From a virus, in IMG/VR virus record IMGVR_UViG_3300030117_004654, positions 27,866 through 91,865 of that record: 64,000 bases of DNA; one strand, written 5' to 3'. Below are positions 19,648-27,873 of the stretch, one piece after another. Numbering within the stretch: the stretch's first letter is position 1; every line of letters begins with the position of its first letter. The notes beneath the pieces were generated by a model. That model saw only the letters and a list, made by a program, of their open reading frames with translations. It did not search any database and was not told the origin of the DNA. The translations under genes were made by a program, and so were the position numbers.

Positions 19648-20136
19648 GTGAAGAAAATGGAAGGTTGGACAGCAAGAACAGAAGAAGTAAGCGATTTTAT
19701 TGCAACTGAAGGATTTGACGAGCAATTGCGACAAGTTATTCAGTTCCAATTAAATTTTGGAAATGAGAACCCCGCACAACAAGAGCGAGTTTGGGACAGT
19801 ATTAAGTCTATGATTCGTGGATTGGATGGTTCTCCTGTAAGAAGAGGAAAGAAGAGCAATTTGCCTGCAAGTGTAAATGTAGCAGTTGACCAAGTTTGTG
19901 CTGAAGTGGCATCACTTCATGCAAACCTATTTGACAGCAATCCGCTACTACAAGCAGTATTGCTAAAACACGGAAAAGCCGGTGGCGGTTCATACGAAAG
20001 TGGGGCTTCATACGGTAAAGCAGTTAGCAAGAAAACTCGTACTCTTCTAAAGAAGATGTATGCAGAAGATTCATGGAACGGTGAATACAGTGGTTTAACC
20101 GCTACTGTCGCTATTTCCCATGATGAAGAAGAGTGA
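19648..20136 (+). CDS. Protein of paralog family A
   Basis: Clear similarity to 17645..18190 (GSPVRRGKKSNLP vs DSPITRGRESSLP; LLKHGK vs VRKHGK). Confidence 0.8.
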   Translation: MKKMEGWTARTEEVSDFIATEGFDEQLRQVIQFQLNFGNENPAQQERVWDSIKSMIRGLDGSPVRRGKKSNLPASVNVAVDQVCAEVASLHANLFDSNPLLQAVLLKHGKAGGGSYESGASYGKAVSKKTRTLLKKMYAEDSWNGEYSGLTATVAISHDEEE

Positions 20137-20177
20137 ATTAAAAACTCATTCTAAAACTGATTGATTGATGACGTAAC

Positions 20178-20235
20178 GGGGGATAGTAGGGGTTTGGCTT
20201 TCGGGTCATTATCCCTGCTATTCCCCTAATTTTTA
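20178..20235 (+). terminator. Long hairpin plus T-rich tail
   Basis: ggggatagtaggg...ccctgctattcccc followed by aatttttattt. Confidence 0.55.
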
Positions 20236-20687
20236 TTTAACATATCATTAAAATGATATTAATCTTTTTCTAAATGTTACAAAAGCAGATGGGGTCGCGC
20301 CCTATAACCTACGAGCCGATTCCCCATATTGAGCAAACAGTGATTATTTCCATTATTCTCAATGTTTTCATAGAGTGAAAAAAACAAATTGATGGGGATA
20401 AGGCATAGTATCTTATACATTTTGTTTATTATTTATTATTTTTATTATTATCAATACTACTACTACTTGAACACCCTCAATCTCACAGACACAGAAAGAC
20501 ACACCCCCTGATAATTATGATAATCGAGAATCGAGAGGTATCTGCTACAAAATGCACACGATAATGGGGGTTTTCGTACACATATTGTCATTATCACGGC
20601 CTGTAATAATTTGATAATTACCAAACCGGATATGACTTTTCACTTAATCAAATTAATTTAATACAGAAATAAAAGGAGAAATGAAAG

Positions 20688-21236
20688 ATGACAAAACATT
20701 GGATGACAAAGAAAGCAATTGTGGTTATGTTTGAAATTAAACCTAGCCATTTAGATAAACTAAGAAAGAATGGCGCAGTTAGAACAAGATATGTTCCTCG
20801 TAAAGAAGGACAACGTGGGCGAAATCCATTAGTGTTTAATTGTGCAGATGTAAAGGCTTTTCTAAAAATGGATAAAGATGTAAGAAAGGTTACACTTAAT
20901 ATCAGCAAACATAGAAAGGCTTTAGGAGAAAAATCTTTGAAAGGTTCAAAGGATTTAGATGATGCAATAAACGATTTTAATAAATCTCATTGGCACTATA
21001 AAAAAGATAACTCAGCATGGGACAGTCTTAAAAAGATGCCTGAAGAAATGGTAAATCATCCTAAACATTATAATCCCGGAAAGATTGAAGTTATTGATGC
21101 AATTGAAGATTGGCGTCTTGACTTTAATGAAGGAAATGTAATTAAATATATTGTTCGTGCAAAACGCAAAAATAATAGAAAGCAAGATTTACAAAAGGCT
21201 CTTTGGTATATCCAAAGAATGCTAGATAATTTGTGA
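20688..21236 (+). CDS. DUF3310 (SaV-like) domain protein with N-terminal HTH-like region
   Basis: VNHPKHYN..IEVIDAI...FNEGNVIKY..RA..K...DLQKALWY. Confidence 0.75.
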   Translation: MTKHWMTKKAIVVMFEIKPSHLDKLRKNGAVRTRYVPRKEGQRGRNPLVFNCADVKAFLKMDKDVRKVTLNISKHRKALGEKSLKGSKDLDDAINDFNKSHWHYKKDNSAWDSLKKMPEEMVNHPKHYNPGKIEVIDAIEDWRLDFNEGNVIKYIVRAKRKNNRKQDLQKALWYIQRMLDNL

Positions 21237-21244
21237 TTCATCTA

Positions 21245-21577
21245 CGAAGGTAGGTGTGTTCCACGATGTTTTTTATAAAAGGCGAAAGTAAGAGAAATCC
21301 ATTTATGAGTATTTCGATGACCTACTGATAGTAACCTTAGTATTAAACAGTTAAAACCAATAAGGGGATTGGATAATAAGTGATTGTCGCCCCATAGTTA
21401 TGAGATAGTATCAAATATCTACGGACAACCTTCGCGGAACAAATTAAATTCTAGGGGTAATTCGGGAGAGTAGGGTGAAATAAAGTTCGGCCCGTATGAT
21501 GTGTTCCCTACACAGAATTCATGTTAATTACCCCTTTTGTTTGTTAATAATTTGGTTGCCCGGCAAATTTAACAAAC
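21245..21577 (+). ncRNA. Candidate structured non-coding RNA(s) upstream of the tRNA cluster
   Basis: No ORF of 60 aa or more; stems cgaag/cttcg (21245/21434), gtaggt/acctac, and a perfect 10-bp aggggtaatt/aattacccct (21453/21535). Confidence 0.4.
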
Positions 21578-21631
21578 TAGTCCTGAGCAAAGAATAGAGC
21601 GAAATATTCTTTTTAGACGATAAAAGGCTCA
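21578..21631 (+). ncRNA. Candidate pseudoknot element, copy 2
   Basis: gtc-ctgagca-[inserted hairpin]-gac, A-rich linker, gctca pairing with tgagc. Confidence 0.35.
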
Positions 21632-21642
21632 ATCCCATTCAT

Positions 21643-21716
21643 GGGCCATTGGCGCAGTTAGGTAGCGCAACGGGCTTTTAACCCGTTGGTCAAGGGTTCG
21701 AATCCCTTATGGCCCG
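21643..21716 (+). tRNA. tRNA-Lys(UUU)
   Basis: Cloverleaf: gggccat/atggccc acceptor, acggg-cttttaa-cccgt anticodon arm, GTTCGAATC T-loop; no encoded CCA. Confidence 0.95.
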
Positions 21717-21757
21717 TTATATTCATTTGTCAAACAAAGACATTAAAATAAACAAAA

Positions 21758-21841
21758 GGCGGGATTTCAGAGTTTGGCCAAATGAGCAGGACTTAAGATT
21801 CTGTGCGAAATGCTTCGTGGGTTCAAATCCCACTCCCGCCA
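21758..21841 (+). tRNA. tRNA-Leu(UAA)
   Basis: ggcggga/tcccgcc acceptor, cagga-cttaaga-ttctg anticodon arm, long variable arm, GTTCAAATC. Confidence 0.9.
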
Positions 21842-21845
21842 CTTT

Positions 21846-21919
21846 GGGCAATTAGTGTAGTCTGGAAATCACTTTGGCCTTCTAAGCCGAAAACAGGGGT
21901 TCGAATCCTCTATTGCCCG
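21846..21919 (+). tRNA. tRNA-Arg(UCU)
   Basis: gggcaat/attgccc acceptor, ttggc-cttctaa-gccga anticodon arm, GTTCGAATC. Confidence 0.92.
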
Positions 21920-21951
21920 CCTTATTCAATAAAACAAAAGGAGATATAAAA

Positions 21952-22176
21952 ATGAAGAAAAAAGATATGAAAAAAATGATAGAAGAAATAGAGCGGCTTG
22001 GTGTCCTTGTTAAGGACTTTGAGTTAAGTAAACACATTAAGTTGTGGATAGAAAATAAAAACACAGGAACTATTAAATTAGTTACTGTGTCTGCCACACC
22101 AAAATGTAAAGGAAAATATGCATTAGTAAAATCTAGTGTTAGAAAAGTATTTAGAAAAATAGGTGAAGAAATATGA
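21952..22176 (+). CDS. Small basic protein, HicA-like fold possible
   Basis: AGGAG RBS; ...SKHIKLWI...VTVSATP pattern. Confidence 0.4.
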   Translation: MKKKDMKKMIEEIERLGVLVKDFELSKHIKLWIENKNTGTIKLVTVSATPKCKGKYALVKSSVRKVFRKIGEEI

Positions 22177-22406
22177 AAGAACAAGATGAACAAATGACGA
22201 AGTTTGATATGGTAACAAAGAACCAAAAGAAGAAGTATGAAAATGAAATTGAATATAGAGAAGAATTAGGCGCGTGTAAAGGTGGACTTGAAGCGGCCTA
22301 TGAAATTTTTATGGTGAATCCATCATCAATGAATTTTAGTATTCTAGAATCAAAGATGATGCGATATCAGAATATTACTTGCAATTGTTATTATGGAGAT
22401 GAGTAA
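22173..22406 (+). CDS. Hypothetical protein
   Basis: Coupled ORF in the plus-strand block. Confidence 0.6.
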   Translation: MKEQDEQMTKFDMVTKNQKKKYENEIEYREELGACKGGLEAAYEIFMVNPSSMNFSILESKMMRYQNITCNCYYGDE

Positions 22407-22719
22407 TATGACAGGAAGAAAAATGTATTTTGGTGTAAGTAGTTTAATTGGTGGCGGTGTATTTTATTTTAACATTGAACAAGTTTCAACAGTTAGAATT
22501 GTGCATTGTCATAAGGAATCAAAGATGTTTCAAACGTATTTAGAAATGTGTGAAGATAAAGGTATTGAACCTTGTAAGAATGTGTATTTCTTAAATGTTG
22601 GTGCAAAGGGCGCAAAAGAAAGTTTTTTGATTAGTGATACAAAACGAAAGACTTTAATTAAAAAGATGAAACACGTAATGTTTGAATTGCCTACTGAATA
22701 TGGAGATGAGGAAGAATGA
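22393..22719 (+). CDS. Hypothetical protein
   Basis: Coupled ORF ending GDEEE. Confidence 0.6.
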   Translation: MEMSNMTGRKMYFGVSSLIGGGVFYFNIEQVSTVRIVHCHKESKMFQTYLEMCEDKGIEPCKNVYFLNVGAKGAKESFLISDTKRKTLIKKMKHVMFELPTEYGDEEE

Positions 22720-22880
22720 GTATTGAAGAACAATATGATGATATGTTAGATGATTGTTGGGGAGAAATTAATATTTGTGGCATGATGTGGTGTGCCTCAA
22801 CAGTTTTGAAGAGAGTAGACCCAATTGCATATAGAGTTGGATTAGCAGATTATGAATCTTTCTTGGAGGAAGAAGAATGA
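22716..22880 (+). CDS. 54-aa very acidic protein (not in ORF track)
   Basis: MSIEEQYDDMLDDCWGEINICGMMWCASTVLKRVDPIAYRVGLADYESFLEEEE; ATGA overlaps. Confidence 0.6.
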   Translation: MSIEEQYDDMLDDCWGEINICGMMWCASTVLKRVDPIAYRVGLADYESFLEEEE

Positions 22881-23189
22881 ATGCACCAACAGAAGAAAGG
22901 TTTTTGATAGAGTTTGCAAAACTTATTGATTCCTATGGGGGCGTAATTGATTATGAATTTAATCTTGGTACATTCTGGTGGGAAAATGAACACGGTCAAG
23001 TTTACACAATGATAATTCAAGGATTGGATGAGTAATGCTAGAAAAGTTAGAGAAAGTAGAAAATAAATGGATGACAATGCGTGAGTATTTATCACCAAGT
23101 CAACGTAGATATTGGAAAGAAAGTTTCCTAAATAAGACAGTTCTAGAAGTTAGAAATGAAATAAAGAGACATTTAAAGAGGAATAAGAA

Positions 23190-23762
23190 ATGAATATATT
23201 TGTATTACATAAAGATGCAACAGAAGCGGCTAATTATATGTTGGATAAACATATTGTAAAAATGCCAACAGAAACAATGCAGATGATGTGTACTAATCTA
23301 GCCCATCTAGGTTATACAGGTTGGTTGCCAATGAAGTCAGTAATGCTTAATCATCCATCAACTATTTGGATGAGGCAAAGTTACGGTAATTGGTTATGGT
23401 GTATTGAACACCTAGAATCAATGCTTAACAATTATACTCATACCTATGATAAGATTCATATGGTTGAAAAACATTGGGATAAAATGTCTGATGATGTTTA
23501 TGCATTTTTGCTTGAAGAATATCATGCAGATGAAAATGAAGATTATGAACCAACACCATTTGCTATGGCTATGCCTGATAAATACAGAAATGATGATGTA
23601 GTCAAAGCCTATCGTGATTATTACTTAGGTGATAAGTGGGAATTTGCTACATGGAAAGCAAGAAGAATTCCTGATTGGTGGCCGCATGACCATATTCAAA
23701 ATAAAAAACAAGAAATGCTTGACAAGTTTAATAAGCAATTTGGCGCGAGTGTGAAACTATGA
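23190..23762 (+). CDS. Pyrimidine-dimer DNA glycosylase (DenV-like family)
   Basis: MNIFVL...DKHIVKMPTETMQM...NHPSTIW...AMPDKY...VKAYRDYY...W..R..P.W. Confidence 0.8.
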   Translation: MNIFVLHKDATEAANYMLDKHIVKMPTETMQMMCTNLAHLGYTGWLPMKSVMLNHPSTIWMRQSYGNWLWCIEHLESMLNNYTHTYDKIHMVEKHWDKMSDDVYAFLLEEYHADENEDYEPTPFAMAMPDKYRNDDVVKAYRDYYLGDKWEFATWKARRIPDWWPHDHIQNKKQEMLDKFNKQFGASVKL

Positions 23763-24023
23763 GATATGGAAGAATTGTAACATTTAAAATTGAGTCAAAT
23801 GATTTGAAGGATTTGAAAGCCTTTATTTCTGGACTAAAGGGATATGCCGAAGGTAACATAATTAACCGTAGGACTAATATTTCTTATATAACAGAAGAAC
23901 CTTGTGTAGAAAGGAGAGATGAAGAATGATTGAATGTATAGTATGTAGAGAATTAACCTTCAGCATAGACGAAGAAATATGTCTGAAGTGTGGAAGTAGT
24001 ATGAATTTATGGAGTGAAGAAAA

Positions 24024-24248
24024 ATGAAGCCACATGAAAAGATTGAAGAGATGATTAAGAACGCAGAAAAGAAAGTCCATGCCGGAGAATGGTTGAGAAT
24101 TGAACAAGTTAGAACACTAATGAACCAATTTGGTATTTGGATGATTGAAAGAGAACAAGAGGAATTGAAAAACCTCAAGCATAATATATTGGAAGATATA
24201 CGACAAATAGGTGAAAAAGAATATAGAACATTGGGGGAAGAAGAATGA
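24024..24248 (+). CDS. Hypothetical protein
   Basis: Coupled ORF. Confidence 0.6.
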   Translation: MKPHEKIEEMIKNAEKKVHAGEWLRIEQVRTLMNQFGIWMIEREQEELKNLKHNILEDIRQIGEKEYRTLGEEE

Positions 24249-24589
24249 AAGATTATGAAAAGAAATTTGATTATAGTGAACTAAGTGATGAGTTAGATAA
24301 ATCTGTAATGGATTCAGACTTGCCGGAAGAAGCAAAGAATTTTCTATTTGATTTGAATGGTGATGTGCTAGAATATACACAAGCCTATGAAGATTTTCTA
24401 GTAAATTCTACTAAAGAAGAATTGCTTGGTTTTGTGCGAGGATTTGATAATATGATGATTTTATATTTTGAATCTGTATTACTAGAATTGGGAATTGATT
24501 ATTTTCAAGCACCATTTCCCCTACATTTCTATAATATATCTATGGGAAATGATATTATTGAGAAATGGCATGGAAGTGAAGAAGAATGA
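24245..24589 (+). CDS. Acidic hypothetical protein
   Basis: Coupled ORF, 114 aa. Confidence 0.65.
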   Translation: MKDYEKKFDYSELSDELDKSVMDSDLPEEAKNFLFDLNGDVLEYTQAYEDFLVNSTKEELLGFVRGFDNMMILYFESVLLELGIDYFQAPFPLHFYNISMGNDIIEKWHGSEEE

Positions 24590-24727
24590 GAATTAATTTA
24601 GAAGGAGATTACCTAGAAATAGGTATATTCGGGATGGTACTAATCGGCATCCTTGAATTAGCATTTTGGGGTTGGATGTTTAGAATCGGCTCAAAACGAT
24701 TAGGACAAATTTATAAAATAATGGAGA

Positions 24728-24994
24728 GTGATGAAAGTGAGTGAATTATTTAAAGATGATAGACATATTGTAGAATACAGAGTGGTTAATGATGAAAATC
24801 TACCACCAATTGTAATTACTATGACAGAAGATGATGAGGTGAAGGTTGTAATGAATCAGCATCATAAAATTTGGCTATGCTTGCATAGAAAAGAAATTGC
24901 AGGTTCAGCAAACTCATTGTTTGAGAAGATTGATATGATTTTGACAGGGTTTTTGTCAGAACAAAGAGAATACGAAAGGATGGATAATGAATGA
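24728..24994 (+). CDS. Hypothetical protein
   Basis: Coupled ORF. Confidence 0.65.
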   Translation: MMKVSELFKDDRHIVEYRVVNDENLPPIVITMTEDDEVKVVMNQHHKIWLCLHRKEIAGSANSLFEKIDMILTGFLSEQREYERMDNE

Positions 24995-25314
24995 AATGTA
25001 AAATATGTAAGGGAGAAGGGTTCTATAAGGTTGATGATAATGTAATCAATCGTTGCTCAATTTGTGATGGGACCGGAGAAGTAACAAAATGTCGTAATTG
25101 TAACGGTGTAGGAACTTTTACCCGTTCATTTGTAACTGAATGGAGAATTGTCCCTTGCATGACTTGTATTGGGAATGGTATTGTCCCAAAACGTTTATAT
25201 GATTGCCAGAACTGTGATAATACAGGAATAACAATGAATAGTCATACTGTTTATTATGATGATGGAAGTAGAGAAATAATTTATGAACCCGATATATGCG
25301 GGTGTAAAGAATAG
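24991..25314 (+). CDS. DnaJ-type CxxCxGxG zinc-finger protein
   Basis: CKICKGEG, CSICDGTG, CRNCNGVG, CMTCIGNG, CQNCDNTG. Confidence 0.75.
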   Translation: MKCKICKGEGFYKVDDNVINRCSICDGTGEVTKCRNCNGVGTFTRSFVTEWRIVPCMTCIGNGIVPKRLYDCQNCDNTGITMNSHTVYYDDGSREIIYEPDICGCKE

Positions 25315-25325
25315 GAAGTGAAAAA

Positions 25326-26600
25326 ATGGATAGAGAATATGAAGAATTATTGCCCCGTAGGGCATTAGGCGAAGGTCATTGGGACCGAAGATTAAAAGAA
25401 AGAATGGTTGATTTGTCAGTAGCAGATAACTATGATGATTGTAAACACGAATGGATTGTTACCGAAAATGTTTGGTATATTCCATTTGGTGAAGATGCGA
25501 ATGTAGTTTTACCTGACGTTCATTGTCATGGAGAAAATGCTCATGCACACGAATGTTTATGTGGTCATCCTATTGTTTGGCATTTTGAGATTGAGAATAC
25601 TGAAAACGGTAATAAGCAAATTGTCGGTTCAGAACATATTGAATCTTACATGGTCATTCGATATTTTGAGAAGAAGGGATATGACCCTGAAGCGGTTACT
25701 GAAGAAATGATTGAAGAATGGATTCAAGAGCGTGTTAAATCTCTTAAAGCCCAATGGTGGTGGGATTTGCATGGTGAACAGTTTACTGAATGGTTTGAAG
25801 AAATTCGTGAATTGGATTTAAGAGTAAATCAACGAAGAAAGGGTAGTGTTTATTCTCAAACAACTAGACGTTATGAACCCCAATATGTTATTCGTAAGAA
25901 AGCCGAAGGTAAATTTGGTCAAGCAGGATATAAAATGGCATCTATTGTTTGGAGATGGAATCATCCTAACAATAGTCGTCGTCAAATTGAAACACGCGGT
26001 TATCCAAATGAGCGTTTGTGGAATGATTTGCAGATTTTCTATATTACTCAACAACAATATAGACAACAGATTCAACAAGAAGATGCTGAAATTGCAAGAA
26101 GGGTTGAAGAATTGGCTGAGCAGGATAGATTGGCAGAAGTTCGCCGTCGAGAAAGAGATGAAGAATATAGGCGTCAACGTATTGAAAGGGAAAAACGAAT
26201 GGAAGAGAGAAGAATGCAGGAAGCGGAACTTGAAGGAATTCAAGAAGAAAAGCGTCTTGCTAATCTTATGAAAAATAGATTAGATGCTGAATCAGCAGAA
26301 ACCACATTTGTTCAGATGTGTGAGTATTATGATGTGCCTGTTTTTACCAGAGATAATGGTGCGAATGATTGGGAAAGAAGATTTTTAGGAGACCTTATTA
26401 TTAGAATGGGTCAAGGTAAAAATCTATCCAATAGTCAATTGAACCATCTTAGAAATATTGTGGTTGATGAGCCATTACCTGCAACTGATAAGCAGATTTG
26501 GTATATCCAAAAATTGGCCGGAGATGATTTTGAAATCCCTGAAGGACTAAATAGAGTCACGGCTAGTGAATTAATTTCAATGTTGAAGGAGGAAGAATAA
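25326..26600 (+). CDS. Hypothetical protein with Zn-binding N-terminal motif, coiled coil and short C-terminal helical module
   Basis: CLCGHPI...NGNKQIVGSEHI; E/R-rich coil; PATDKQIWYIQKL...TASELI. Confidence 0.7.
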   Translation: MDREYEELLPRRALGEGHWDRRLKERMVDLSVADNYDDCKHEWIVTENVWYIPFGEDANVVLPDVHCHGENAHAHECLCGHPIVWHFEIENTENGNKQIVGSEHIESYMVIRYFEKKGYDPEAVTEEMIEEWIQERVKSLKAQWWWDLHGEQFTEWFEEIRELDLRVNQRRKGSVYSQTTRRYEPQYVIRKKAEGKFGQAGYKMASIVWRWNHPNNSRRQIETRGYPNERLWNDLQIFYITQQQYRQQIQQEDAEIARRVEELAEQDRLAEVRRRERDEEYRRQRIEREKRMEERRMQEAELEGIQEEKRLANLMKNRLDAESAETTFVQMCEYYDVPVFTRDNGANDWERRFLGDLIIRMGQGKNLSNSQLNHLRNIVVDEPLPATDKQIWYIQKLAGDDFEIPEGLNRVTASELISMLKEEE

Positions 26601-26815
26601 TGACAGAGTATTGTTTAGAAGCAGGAAGTAATTTGGAATTGGCGTTTTTCTTATCATTCTTTGTATTACTTGGTCATATACTAATTCATTATTGGTTGCC
26701 AAGGCGACCATATATCCCTAAACAATTTAGGGAAACTGACGGTAATACAGATGAGGCACTAAGGAGTGTATCATTATTTAGACAGATTTTAGAAGAAGGA
26801 AGTGAAAAGAAATGA
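26600..26815 (+). CDS. Small membrane protein
   Basis: Hydrophobic LAFFLSFFVLLGHILIHYWL. Confidence 0.6.
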   Translation: MTEYCLEAGSNLELAFFLSFFVLLGHILIHYWLPRRPYIPKQFRETDGNTDEALRSVSLFRQILEEGSEKK

Positions 26816-27027
26816 GTAAAACAAAACAAGAGTTAGTAGAAGAGTTAGATGCTCTTCAAAAGAATTTTGCAGATGAGAAGAAAACAATAGGTGAAACATT
26901 AAACACCTTATCATCTAATCTAGCAACAGAACAAGCCCTTAGAATGAATTTAGAATTGATGATGGTTCAATATGAAAAGACCATCTTAATTCTAACTAAG
27001 CGATTAATGGAGGCGAGGGAGGCTTAA
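26812..27027 (+). CDS. Coiled-coil hypothetical protein
   Basis: Coupled ORF. Confidence 0.6.
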   Translation: MSKTKQELVEELDALQKNFADEKKTIGETLNTLSSNLATEQALRMNLELMMVQYEKTILILTKRLMEAREA

Positions 27028-27101
27028 TATATGACCCCCTTCATGGCTACTTGCCTCGGACAAAAGGTATGCCAAACTATAAAAAACAGGAAGTGAAAAG
27101 A

Positions 27102-27302
27102 ATGAAATTAAGAATTTTGAATGAAACAGGACACACGGAATTAGAAGTATCTGCAAGTGAAGTTATTGAACACATTAACGACCATCCTACACATTGGGTG
27201 TTTGTTGATGGTGAAATGGTTTCACGCGAAGAAGTCACATCACTTAATTGGGATGAAGTTGCTTCAGTAGATTTAACACCCGCGATTGTCGGTGGTTATT
27301 AA
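27102..27302 (+). CDS. Ubiquitin-like (beta-grasp, ThiS/MoaD/SAMP-like) protein ending GG-Y
   Basis: 66 aa: MKLRIL...ELEV...VFVDGEMV...VDLTPAIVGGY; own TATA-like box (~27024), GGAAGTGA RBS, downstream terminator. Confidence 0.75.
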   Translation: MKLRILNETGHTELEVSASEVIEHINDHPTHWVFVDGEMVSREEVTSLNWDEVASVDLTPAIVGGY

Positions 27303-27349
27303 GTCTAAAATAGACTGAAAGCCCCCTTCAACCCATTATGGGTGTATTT

Positions 27350-27402
27350 GGGGGAGAGAGGAGTTTAAATTTATTCCTCTCTTCCCCTCTTTTTTTTGTT
27401 TT
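27350..27402 (+). terminator. Hairpin plus poly-T terminator after the Ubl gene
   Basis: ggggagagagga...tcctctcttcccc followed by a T run. Confidence 0.75.
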
Positions 27403-27873
27403 GTGAAAACAAAAACTCAAAAAACAATAGGGGTGGCTATCGTCGGAATTTCGGGTGTTATTATGAAACCAGATAATAAGAATTATATGTCTGAAGATGT
27501 GTTAAAAATCATTTTAGAACAATTAGGTTGGTCTTATACAGGGACATTAACGGATATATTAAGAGAACATAATTTAAATGGGCCTATTGTGCCTATTCGG
27601 GCAGATTTTTACCCTATTGGGTGGAAACTCGCTTCGTCGAATAAAGCCATTATTATATGTGATGGTTATAAAAGTGTTATTCACTATAAAAATGAAAGAT
27701 TCCTCACAGGTTGGGGGATTTATGATAGATTCGGGCTTGAAGGTCTGAACGATATAGAAAATTGGAATTTTGAAGAAGAAATGGAATGGTTAATTAAAAA
27801 GTATAATGGGGATTTGATTACCTCATTTACTCAGTTAACTGATTGTCCGTTTAGAACAAGTATAAGGTGTTAA
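27403..27873 (+). CDS. Hypothetical protein (likely start ~27463)
   Basis: ORF preceding the RNR gene. Confidence 0.55.
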   Translation: MKTKTQKTIGVAIVGISGVIMKPDNKNYMSEDVLKIILEQLGWSYTGTLTDILREHNLNGPIVPIRADFYPIGWKLASSNKAIIICDGYKSVIHYKNERFLTGWGIYDRFGLEGLNDIENWNFEEEMEWLIKKYNGDLITSFTQLTDCPFRTSIRC

